Below, one piece after another: positions 27,568-35,346 of a stretch of DNA of 54,588 nucleotides (the stretch's first letter is position 1; every line of letters starts with the position of its first letter). A program made the translations under genes and the position numbers. The stretch is from a virus (taxonomy: Duplodnaviria > Caudoviricetes), in IMG/VR virus record IMGVR_UViG_3300034072_002231, positions 1 through 54,588 of that record; one strand, written 5' to 3'. A model generated the notes under the pieces. That model did not search any database and was not told the origin of the DNA. It saw nothing but the letters and a program-made list of their open reading frames with translations.

Positions 27568-28464
27568 ATGAAAAAGCTTAGTTTAATTGCTTTATCAATC
27601 TGTACATTTATTGCATCTTCATGCAGTAATAACGAAGAAAGTGTAGAAAATACACCCAACCTAAAATCCAATCCAGTAACACGTTATGTTCCCGAAGATT
27701 TTGAAATATTTGGAATCAAACATAATGAAGGTCTAGATTTTTTCTATGACAAATTCAAAAATTCTACAGCTAGTACACCTGGAGAATTTAAAGAACTTAT
27801 GATTACTAGCACAACCGAATATGTAAAAGATTTCGCGCTAGAATTAGATCCAAACGCAGACACTTCCTTTGCAACTAATCTGACTCAAAATTATGAAATT
27901 GAGCTAATGAATTTCGATAAGGACTTTTACACTAATGTGCCTGACGCAGATCAAATAAGCACTAATGCAAGAGTTTATTTAGACAAGCTGCATAATGTCT
28001 TGTTTGATATTCCTGAAACTGCTACGCTTGTGGATGTAGTTTCGAATATAAAGTCAATTGAAATGGAGGCTTATGATAATGTTAAATTAGATAATAAAGA
28101 TCTAACTTATGTTTTTACTGCCTCAGCTATTGCAAGACATTCATTAGCATATTGGAATGACAATTATGATGCTTGGGAAAATGTTTTTATCAACAATGGA
28201 TTTTTCAATGGACCTAGCCAGAATGGCGGTGGTAACACTACAATGGGTGCAGGAAGTCAAACTTTGAGAGGTGTTGGAATTGTTGTTGGTATGGATGTTG
28301 CCGGAGGGGTAGTAGCTGCCGGTGCTACATGGGCAGTAAATGTGTTCATCCCGCCTCCAGGAGGTCAGGCAGCTTATGGAGCAGCAATCTTAGGAGGTGC
28401 TATCAGAGGCTCAGGAATGGCTGCAGCAGGTTTAATATTAAATGCAATGTTTGATTTGTGGTAG
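27568..28464 (+). CDS. Lipoprotein with C-terminal glycine-zipper hydrophobic domain
   Basis: FIASS-C lipobox; C-terminus GMDVAGGVVAAGATW...GAAILGGAIRGSGMAAAG. Confidence 0.8.
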   Translation: MKKLSLIALSICTFIASSCSNNEESVENTPNLKSNPVTRYVPEDFEIFGIKHNEGLDFFYDKFKNSTASTPGEFKELMITSTTEYVKDFALELDPNADTSFATNLTQNYEIELMNFDKDFYTNVPDADQISTNARVYLDKLHNVLFDIPETATLVDVVSNIKSIEMEAYDNVKLDNKDLTYVFTASAIARHSLAYWNDNYDAWENVFINNGFFNGPSQNGGGNTTMGAGSQTLRGVGIVVGMDVAGGVVAAGATWAVNVFIPPPGGQAAYGAAILGGAIRGSGMAAAGLILNAMFDLW

Positions 28465-28619
28465 GATATAAACTGAAAGTTATAATGCTTTCGCTAATAA
28501 TTCATTTAGCAGCAGCATTAATTATATATAAAGTATTTGATTATAATGCTTTTATAATTTTTACTATATCGGCTATATTTTTTTCTTTATATATTTTTAA
28601 ATTTATTAAGAAAAAATAG
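28458..28619 (+). CDS. Small two-TM membrane peptide, candidate immunity protein (absent from ORF track)
   Basis: GTG start overlapping upstream stop (alternative ATG 28485); 53 aa, hydrophobic, ends KFIKKK. Confidence 0.55.
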   Translation: MVGYKLKVIMLSLIIHLAAALIIYKVFDYNAFIIFTISAIFFSLYIFKFIKKK

Positions 28620-28641
28620 TAGATGCCAAAAGATTAATCTT

Positions 28642-28665
28642 CAAAGCCGCTAATTAGCGGCTTTG
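28642..28665. terminator. Terminator hairpin
   Basis: CAAAGCCGC TAATTA GCGGCTTTG. Confidence 0.7.
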
Positions 28666-28806
28666 TTACTTTTAAACAACTAACTTACAAACTTACACTA
28701 ATCGGAGGAGTAGCCTCTCAGGTGGGGATATTAGTGTGCATTAATTCGCCGGCCATTCCATTCAGCCGAGCGCGAAGCGCGAGAAAATTTTTAAAAAATG
28801 CCCTCA

Positions 28807-29460
28807 TCAGGAGGGCATATACATGAATATTACGGGGGTTTTGTGTTTCCAAAACTCGTAGTTTACCATAAAGCTAAAACGCGGCTCTGTCTGCCTTAAA
28901 ACATCCCTGCAATGCACTTCTCCCCTTATATGATGAAAGCATAAATTTATAGCAGTCATTTTTGCGCAAATCGGGTCAAGGTCTTCACATATATAATAAT
29001 TTCCTCCCGCAACTTTGTTACCTGCTAAAACCAGCCTGCCACTACCCGAACAGGGTTCGTTAATATTTTTGCCCCATTCATTTGATGTAATGGTAAGCTG
29101 CGCCATCAGGTCGCAAACGTGCTTAGGTGTGAAGAACTGCCCGAAATTAGATTTTTTATAATTACTTGCCAATGCTTCGTAATATTCCCCGAGAGGGTCG
29201 CACCAATCATCGTTTAGCCTTGCATCCTCGTATAATTTTACAAGCTCTGCAAGCATTTTAGGGAAAGTATTAAGTTCTTCTTTGCTGTACTTCTTAATAG
29301 TTTCAAAATACAGCTTTTCGTTAGTTCCCCTGCCCATACAGCAGATAATAATTGTAAGCAGGTCATCAAATACCGTACTTATATCGTGCCTGTACTGTAG
29401 CGTGCCAAAAAGCGCGTTAAACGGTCTTAATTCGCTTTTAATTTCAGTTGTTTTCAGCAT
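28807..29460 (-). CDS. N-6 DNA methylase (HsdM-like) domain protein lacking catalytic motif IV
   Basis: GQFFTP and EPCSGSG present; no NPP[FY]/DPPY before the stop. Confidence 0.8.
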   Translation of the reverse strand: MLKTTEIKSELRPFNALFGTLQYRHDISTVFDDLLTIIICCMGRGTNEKLYFETIKKYSKEELNTFPKMLAELVKLYEDARLNDDWCDPLGEYYEALASNYKKSNFGQFFTPKHVCDLMAQLTITSNEWGKNINEPCSGSGRLVLAGNKVAGGNYYICEDLDPICAKMTAINLCFHHIRGEVHCRDVLRQTEPRFSFMVNYEFWKHKTPVIFMYMPS

Positions 29461-29821
29461 TGTTAATTGGTTCAACTTGGTTATTGGAAAAAAGATAGCA
29501 TACAGGAAAAAATTTATATCCGTTCGCTTCGTCGCTCTCTGTGTTGGTTTCGGTTTCAGCTTCTTTTTTACTGCTCCTTTTCCTGCCCCATATTAAAAAT
29601 GCCTTTTCGCCTTTCTTTACTTTATAGCCCTTATACTTCCAATCCCAAAAAGTATGAAAAACTGTATTTACTTCATCGGTGTAAAATTCATCTATCAGTA
29701 TTTCGTTAATGCTCATCCCCTCGCAATCGCTTTCCTGCCTCATTTTCGCAACCTGCGAAAGTTCGATTAATTCCTGCCTTTTAGTCTTTATAGTGGCTTC
29801 TGTTGTGGTTTCTGTACTCAT
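29444..29821 (-). CDS. ArdC-like N-terminal ssDNA-binding domain protein
   Basis: FHTFWDWKYKGYKVKKGEKAFLIW...YLFSNNQV. Confidence 0.75.
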   Translation of the reverse strand: MSTETTTEATIKTKRQELIELSQVAKMRQESDCEGMSINEILIDEFYTDEVNTVFHTFWDWKYKGYKVKKGEKAFLIWGRKRSSKKEAETETNTESDEANGYKFFPVCYLFSNNQVEPINNAENN

Positions 29822-29863
29822 TTTTGTAGTGTAAATAGTTATTGAATATTCGGCTTGATGGAT

Positions 29864-30082
29864 TTAAAATATATAGTCGTGGTAATCGCTTACGGTAAAG
29901 CAATTATCATCTATAAATAAATCTGCTATTGCCTGGGCTTTGTTAAAGGCTTTGTTTGCCTGTCTTTTGAAGTAATTAAAATCTTCCTCATTAAAGATTT
30001 TAGAAAGCCCTTTTTCGTGAAGTATAGATTTGACTTGTTGCGCCAACAAATTATTGTTAGCTTTGCGTGTATTTTTCTGCAT
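29864..30082 (-). CDS. Hypothetical protein
   Basis: 72-aa ORF co-oriented in leftward operon. Confidence 0.65.
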   Translation of the reverse strand: MQKNTRKANNNLLAQQVKSILHEKGLSKIFNEEDFNYFKRQANKAFNKAQAIADLFIDDNCFTVSDYHDYIF

Positions 30083-30105
30083 GCCGTAGATAAATATATT
30101 TTTTG

Positions 30106-30140
30106 AAAAAAGCCCACAGCTTCCACCTTGTGGGCTTTTT
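30106..30140 (-). terminator. Terminator/attenuator hairpin
   Basis: AAAAAAGCCCACA...TGTGGGCTTTTT. Confidence 0.7.
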
Positions 30141-30152
30141 GTTTAAAGATGA

Positions 30153-30629
30153 TTAAAAATTAAAGGTTGCAATATCCTTTTGTGTTTCGCTGATTTTTGT
30201 CTCTACCTGATTACGCAACAGTTCTAATACTTCATGTATTATTTGCGTATTGGTAACTTCAAACCTAAACCCCGAAGCGTTAGATAATACAATGCTTTCT
30301 TTTGTTCCCTCATTGGAGATTTCAAAAGTGTTAAGTTCATCCTGCTTGTTTTGCAGCCATGTTAATTTGGCATCTAACTGGTTTAATTGTTTTAGGCTTC
30401 GCCTGCGCTGCTCTGCTGTAAATACAGCATCAACTGTTTTAACTGGCTCTACCTCTACAGGCTCTTTTTGTGGCTGTGCTTGGGGTTCTGCCTTTGCTTG
30501 TGCTTCTGCTTCTGTCTTTTGTTCGGTTTTTACCTCTCTCGGGTCGAATTTCCCGTTTTCTGTTGCATTCCTTGCAAGTTCTTTTTTCGCGTTCATTGTT
30601 GCTGTGTGGCTTTTCGATTTTGTTGTCAT
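30153..30629 (-). CDS. Hypothetical coiled-coil protein
   Basis: True start probably ATG 30629 (MTTKSKSH); longer ORF-track start lies inside the IS inverted repeat. Confidence 0.7.
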   Translation of the reverse strand: MTTKSKSHTATMNAKKELARNATENGKFDPREVKTEQKTEAEAQAKAEPQAQPQKEPVEVEPVKTVDAVFTAEQRRRSLKQLNQLDAKLTWLQNKQDELNTFEISNEGTKESIVLSNASGFRFEVTNTQIIHEVLELLRNQVETKISETQKDIATFNF

Positions 30630-30685
30630 AATAATATAATTGGCACTCACATATAATGTTACACTAAGTGCCACTTAGTTTTAGT

Positions 30686-30994
30686 TTAATTTTCGCTTAA
30701 ATCTTCTGCTTTCTCTCGTTCTAAGTTCAAGTTTTCGTGAGAAGATGCCAGTTTCTCAAACACCATGTTGTAAGCATCGTTATCGTCCTGGCACTTACTC
30801 ATGAGTTCTTTTATTTCCACCTTCTCATCATTATTATATCCGAAACCATCAATCAGGTCGTAGTTCATAACGACCAAGTCGAGTATTTTACGGAGTTTGT
30901 CAGCGTTACCCTCGGGTAAATCAATCGCAAGTGAACTGTCCTCACATAATTTCAGGAATTCTGCCTCATGCTGTAATACATTCGTAAGTTTCAT
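30686..30994 (-). CDS. IS passenger hypothetical acidic protein
   Basis: ATG at 30994 (MKLTNVLQHE...), 102 aa. Confidence 0.6.
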   Translation of the reverse strand: MKLTNVLQHEAEFLKLCEDSSLAIDLPEGNADKLRKILDLVVMNYDLIDGFGYNNDEKVEIKELMSKCQDDNDAYNMVFEKLASSHENLNLEREKAEDLSEN

Positions 30995-31149
30995 ATCTGT
31001 AAGTTTTAATATCAAATCAATAAGGTTTACCCTATGTACTTTTTTAGATAAACAGGCCGGTTCTCCGGCCTGTCTTCTTTGTTAGAAAGATTGTTGAAAA
31101 CTTGGTCTCAAGAAATCCTCTTTTTCCCAAATGGCGGGATAAATAGCCC

Positions 31150-31269
31150 ATGAAAAAACGTACCAAAAAGAAACACAGAGACTCGGAGAAGTCTCGGTTT
31201 CGCAGAAATTTGATGCTATTCGCTGTTAAAGCCATTTGGGAATGCATCAGGTACTACATGGAGATGTAG
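31150..31269 (+). CDS. Small basic/amphipathic peptide (absent from ORF track)
   Basis: MKKRTKKKHRDSEKSRFRRNLMLFAVKAIWECIRYYMEM followed at once by terminator. Confidence 0.4.
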   Translation: MKKRTKKKHRDSEKSRFRRNLMLFAVKAIWECIRYYMEM

Positions 31270-31275
31270 AACCCT

Positions 31276-31304
31276 AAGGACGCCCGTTACAGCGGGCGTT
31301 CTTT
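31276..31304. terminator. Terminator between small ORF and transposase
   Basis: AAGGACGCCCGTT ACAGCGGGCGTTCTTT. Confidence 0.7.
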
Positions 31305-31331
31305 GTTATATATCCTGCGGACTAAACTGAA

Positions 31332-32267
31332 CTAAGCTGCGGTCAGCTGACCATAGCTAAGTATGCAGTCCTTAATATTTGAAATCAGTAGCATAAACCT
31401 ATCCCTTGGGGTCAGCTTTCGTGTGTTGTGCCTGAATACGAACTCATCGACATACTTTTGCAGATGCTTCCTTGAGATAACCCTATACACGCCTATGATG
31501 CCACGCTTGAGGTTACCCCAAAAGTTTTCTATCGAATTGGTGTGGGCATTACCGTCAACGTACTGCCTCTTGCCGTGGTTCACAATTTCATGGTTGTACA
31601 ATTTGCTCAACTCATTGTATGCCTTCCATTCATCTGAGTAAACCGCTGTCGTTCCGATATAATCGACACCTCTCATTATTATGGGCTCCAATTCCTCTGT
31701 GGTGGTCGCTGCGACAACACGGGCGATAACCTTGCCCTTGCGTTCAATCATGCCAAACACAGGAACCTTATCTACTGCGCTACGACCCTGCGAGTACTTG
31801 AATTTCTTGTTCGAATGACGGTTCTTGTTTTTGCCGCCAATATAAGTTTCATCGACTTCAATTTCGTTCGACAATACATGGTTGTTTTCGAATTGACTGC
31901 ACGTCCTGAGGCGTTGCAGTATGAACCAAGCCGTCTTCTGCGTGATACCAAGCTCTCTCTCTAATTGCATGGAGGACACGCCACCCTTGTGGCTTGAGTA
32001 CAGCCATATAGCTATGAACCAGTCCTGTAACTTGATGTTTGAGTTCTTGAAGATGCCGACGCTCCTCACGTTGAAGTACTTCCCAGTGTTGCGGCACTTG
32101 TACCTGTTATCCTTGCACTTGTAAACTTTGGAGGTCTCGTCAAATGGAGAGACTGGGTTCCCGTCCCATATTACTGCCTCAAGAAAATTAATGCATGTTT
32201 GTTCATCTGGGAATACATTTATCAGTTCCCTGATGGATTTAAATTTGAAATTGTCTATGATGTTCAT
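31332..32267 (-). CDS. IS1595-family DDE transposase
   Basis: EVDETYIGG, YSDEWKAY, HTNSIENFW, YVDEFVFRHN; degenerate N-terminal zinc ribbon. Confidence 0.95.
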   Translation of the reverse strand: MNIIDNFKFKSIRELINVFPDEQTCINFLEAVIWDGNPVSPFDETSKVYKCKDNRYKCRNTGKYFNVRSVGIFKNSNIKLQDWFIAIWLYSSHKGGVSSMQLERELGITQKTAWFILQRLRTCSQFENNHVLSNEIEVDETYIGGKNKNRHSNKKFKYSQGRSAVDKVPVFGMIERKGKVIARVVAATTTEELEPIIMRGVDYIGTTAVYSDEWKAYNELSKLYNHEIVNHGKRQYVDGNAHTNSIENFWGNLKRGIIGVYRVISRKHLQKYVDEFVFRHNTRKLTPRDRFMLLISNIKDCILSYGQLTAA

Positions 32268-32487
32268 CCTTCTAATTGTTAGAAGGTCTTATATCCTATA
32301 GAATATGAAATCTTAAATTGAATGCTGCTAAAGTTTCACAAAAAGTGTCTAAACATCACATTTTGCGAAAATTTAGCTTTAGCGGAAGGAAAATTCCGTT
32401 AAATTTGTCCTTAAGGTCGGTGCATCTCGATGCCTTGTCCAAAATATCGAAAAAGACAAACACAGGAAAGTGTTTAACTTATTTCTC

Positions 32488-32670
32488 TCTGACGAAATCT
32501 GGTAAATTTTAAGAGGAGAATGAGTAAACAGAACCTGCGCTATAAATCCTATGGCGTGGGCTGTTACTTATTTTACTCTAAGGTCTTACCAGAGCCCGTC
32601 AGATAGGATATGTTAGCAGTACCCACGCTTTCTTCTTATCAACCAATTACTTCTTTGGGTCTGGGAAGAT
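32488..32670 (+). ncRNA. Structured leader RNA with internal antisense loop
   Basis: Stem GCGTGGG-CTGTTA / TAGCAG-TA-CCCACGC enclosing TTACCAGA, complementary to TCTGGTAA (32498-505) and imperfectly to TCTGGGAAG (32660-68). Confidence 0.5.
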
Positions 32671-32680
32671 ATAATCTCCA

Positions 32681-33145
32681 ATGAAAAAATTTGTTATTGC
32701 GGCGTCCATGTTGGCGTTAGCACCATTGCCTGCTTTCTCGCAATCGAGAGAGGCAATCGGCTCCTCGGGCAATATTGCTGTAGTACAGGACTTAAACGTC
32801 AGGTGGAACATGGGTGGTATCGTCAACGGGCTTATGACCTCGGGAGGCGTGCAGTTGAGCAACGGCTACTACGTACAGCAGGAGCTACAGGCCCTCTCAG
32901 TTGAGCAGCCAGAAGTGGTTTCAAGAATAACCATGTACCCCAATCCCACAGAAAGCTATGTCAAGCTTACTATCGAAACAAACCTTACGGTCAGGATAAC
33001 CGACATGAATGGTCGGGAAATCAAGAGCGAACGACTAACACCTTCAAGAAATGCTGTCGATGTCTCGGGGCTTACACCGGGGACATACATAGTCAGCGTA
33101 CAATCAGACAACAAGACCAACACCTATAAACTCATCAAACAATAA
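32681..33145 (+). CDS. Secreted protein with T9SS type A C-terminal sorting domain
   Basis: Signal peptide; MYPNP...DMNGR...LTPGTYIV...KLIKQ. Confidence 0.9.
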   Translation: MKKFVIAASMLALAPLPAFSQSREAIGSSGNIAVVQDLNVRWNMGGIVNGLMTSGGVQLSNGYYVQQELQALSVEQPEVVSRITMYPNPTESYVKLTIETNLTVRITDMNGREIKSERLTPSRNAVDVSGLTPGTYIVSVQSDNKTNTYKLIKQ

Positions 33146-33154
33146 CCAAACAAC

Positions 33155-33871
33155 ATGAAAAATTTCCTTATCTTAATATCATTGCTAACAGCATCAATCG
33201 TATTATCCCAGACCCCACAGGGCTTCAACTACCAAGCCGTTATCAGGAACTCAACGGGTCAAGCAGTAACAAACCAGTCTGTTTCTGTTAAATTCAACGT
33301 TATCCAAGGACAACCAACGGCAACACCCGTTTATGTTGAGCAACACACAACAAACACCGACGACCTCGGTACAGTAAACCTTGTTATTGGACAGGGAACC
33401 GTGAACTCGGGTGTATTCCAACAGATAGACTGGTCGCTCGGCAGCCACTACCTCGGGATAGAGGTTAACATCGGTTCGGGCTTCGTGAACATGGGTACTA
33501 CACAACTGTTGTCGGTTCCGTATGCCATGTATGCTGGAAAGGCTGGAAGTTCGTTTGGTATCGCGATAAATGCTACTCTCGAGAACAACGGTGGCGAGTA
33601 TTCTGTCAAGGTCAAGTACAGGGTGACCCCTAACCCAGACGACAATTATGTCCTTAGCGGGTATGTCATCGGTACTACCCCTAATGTTGAAGTTACCAAC
33701 GCTCTACAGAATTACGACACTTTTGGGGAGTTCTCATACAGCGATGACTTCTCCTTCACATCAGCGCAAGGTCTCCAAATGAATTCAACTTACTACATTA
33801 GGGGCTACGTCAAGAAGTCCGACAACACTTATGTTTATGGACAGCCAAAAATGTTCGTTGCTACTCCCTAA
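33155..33871 (+). CDS. Secreted/surface protein (QGFNYQAVIRN N-terminal domain)
   Basis: Signal peptide; LLSVPYAMYA motif; FnIII-like tail (TYYIRGY...VYG). Confidence 0.75.
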   Translation: MKNFLILISLLTASIVLSQTPQGFNYQAVIRNSTGQAVTNQSVSVKFNVIQGQPTATPVYVEQHTTNTDDLGTVNLVIGQGTVNSGVFQQIDWSLGSHYLGIEVNIGSGFVNMGTTQLLSVPYAMYAGKAGSSFGIAINATLENNGGEYSVKVKYRVTPNPDDNYVLSGYVIGTTPNVEVTNALQNYDTFGEFSYSDDFSFTSAQGLQMNSTYYIRGYVKKSDNTYVYGQPKMFVATP

Positions 33872-33890
33872 GACATCACGATATTAACCT

Positions 33891-33927
33891 TGGGCATATC
33901 AGTAAAATGTACTGATATGCCCATTTT
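33891..33927 (+). terminator. Rho-independent terminator
   Basis: TGGGCATATCAGTA AAATG TACTGATATGCCCA TTTT. Confidence 0.8.
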
Positions 33928-33978
33928 ACTTTTTATCCCTGTTTTTATTATCTTTATGACTTTAAAAATCAACTTACC

Positions 33979-34344
33979 ATGAGATTATACCACCTATCAT
34001 ACGATACCATCGATTGTAAAAAACATTTTAAGGATGATTATGACGAGGCAAGGAGATACTTGCTATGTGTACTGGCACATACACCCATACAAGCTATCGA
34101 GTCATACTGTGAAAGCACAATAATACTCCATTATGAGGACAGTATCAAAGCAAAAAAGCTGTTCAAATATTTGCAAGATAATCTTTCCGAATACTTCTAT
34201 TTTTCAGTTTCTTTGGTTGCACGCAATGAGAATAACGAGCACTTTATACATCATAATCCAAATCATGAATTAGATAATAATTTAGCCGTTGAATGGGACA
34301 ATCTAAGTTGCAATAACCTTAAGAAGCACATCTCGGCATTCTAA
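33979..34344 (+). CDS. IS passenger hypothetical protein
   Basis: 121-aa ORF with own TATCTTTA -7-like box. Confidence 0.65.
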   Translation: MRLYHLSYDTIDCKKHFKDDYDEARRYLLCVLAHTPIQAIESYCESTIILHYEDSIKAKKLFKYLQDNLSEYFYFSVSLVARNENNEHFIHHNPNHELDNNLAVEWDNLSCNNLKKHISAF

Positions 34345-34345
34345 A

Positions 34346-34540
34346 TTATTCTTGTTCGCAAATTTCGTAAGGTTCCGCATCTCTACACTGAAAAAAGACC
34401 AAGCGCCCATTAATGCGCACTAGGTCTTTTCTATCTGTCAATTCAATAGATTTCAGGAATTTACCATACCTTACAAGATAATCAAGCCAAATAAAGGCCC
34501 TCCAATATAAGTTAACCAACAACTGCTTTAGTTTTTTCAT
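34346..34540 (-). CDS. IS passenger hypothetical protein
   Basis: ATG at 34540 (MKKLKQLL...), convergent with previous gene. Confidence 0.45.
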   Translation of the reverse strand: MKKLKQLLVNLYWRAFIWLDYLVRYGKFLKSIELTDRKDLVRINGRLVFFQCRDAEPYEICEQE

Positions 34541-34857
34541 AATATATAGCTTTAGTTTAGCTATATACTTGTTCAACTATAATATAATTTAGTGTAACAT
34601 TATATGTGAGTGCCATATAATTTACTGTTTTTCAATACTTAAAGATACAAAAAAGTAGTTATTTTGACAACATTTATATAGCCTTTTTTGTATAAATGAT
34701 TAAATAAATAATTGTTTGTAATCTTTCCAAATAGGTGGAAACTGCCAAAAAAAAGTTCAAAAAAAGACCTTTTTTAAACACTTCAAAAAATTAACTATCT
34801 GATAAATAGCTAACAAACCCTAAAAAGAACCTCTTTTTAGCTGTTTGTGTGTCTATG

Positions 34858-34978
34858 CACCCCGTCCCGCTAAGTTCGTGATTTGCGGTTGCCTGCGCGC
34901 CCCTGCGGGGGGATATATGAGTGGGGCACCACCCCCCGAGGGGGGTGCGCACCACCACAAACAGCCCGCGAAGCCCCA
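34858..34978. other. GC-rich palindromic non-coding element, candidate cos/packaging site
   Basis: CACCCCCC-GA-GGGGGGTG (34930-47), CCCC-TGC-GGGG (34900-10); lies between terminase and portal modules. Confidence 0.4.
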
Positions 34979-34994
34979 TATTTACTGGGTTTGT

Positions 34995-35033
34995 TCATGT
35001 TACAACACATGGCAATTGCCTGTTGTAGTATTG
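34995..35033 (+). promoter_or_regulatory. Putative late promoter 4 (portal)
   Basis: TCATGTTACAA-N20-TAGTATTG. Confidence 0.65.
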
Positions 35034-35052
35034 CAATAAATGGCAATTGCAA

Positions 35053-35346
35053 ATGGATACAGGAAAAAACACCATAACACCACTGCAAGCCATCAAGCGA
35101 ATGCGTGAGCTTGATGCTGCTGGTGTACCTTTTTATTTTGAATACTTCAGTTACAACAGCACCAAGCATACCAGCGGCGGTGTAAAGCAGGTAAGACAGG
35201 CAACGCTAAGGCAGGGGCTGCGTAACGGCCAGAGCGATAAGGCAAGCATACTGATTGCCTATACCGACCACAGCGCAGGAGGCACCAGCAGGTTCTTTTA
35301 CCTACCATTATTGCTGAAGCTAAATAATATAACCGTTAAGCCATGA
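35053..35346 (+). CDS. Hypothetical phage protein
   Basis: ATG at 35053; ATGA overlap with portal. Confidence 0.7.
   Translation: MDTGKNTITPLQAIKRMRELDAAGVPFYFEYFSYNSTKHTSGGVKQVRQATLRQGLRNGQSDKASILIAYTDHSAGGTSRFFYLPLLLKLNNITVKP

Larger units (their letters stand above)
30642..34614 (-). mobile_element. IS1595-family element with passenger genes (3973 bp)
   Basis: Perfect 26-bp terminal inverted repeats GGCACTCACATATAATGTTACACTAA (30642-30667 / 34589-34614); 8-bp target duplication ATATAATT (30634-41 / 34615-22). Confidence 0.93.

Noticed and set aside
30630-30674. N-terminal extension of ORF 30153..30674
   Set aside because: Created by the IS inverted repeat and target duplication
31170-31205. 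Extra target or antisense site (GTTTCGCAG) for the A/B leader RNAs
   Set aside because: Only 8-9 nt, explained by a local hairpin; likely chance
34791-35169. Several short overlapping ORFs in the GC-rich element
   Set aside because: Artefacts of stop-codon scarcity in GC-rich palindromic DNA
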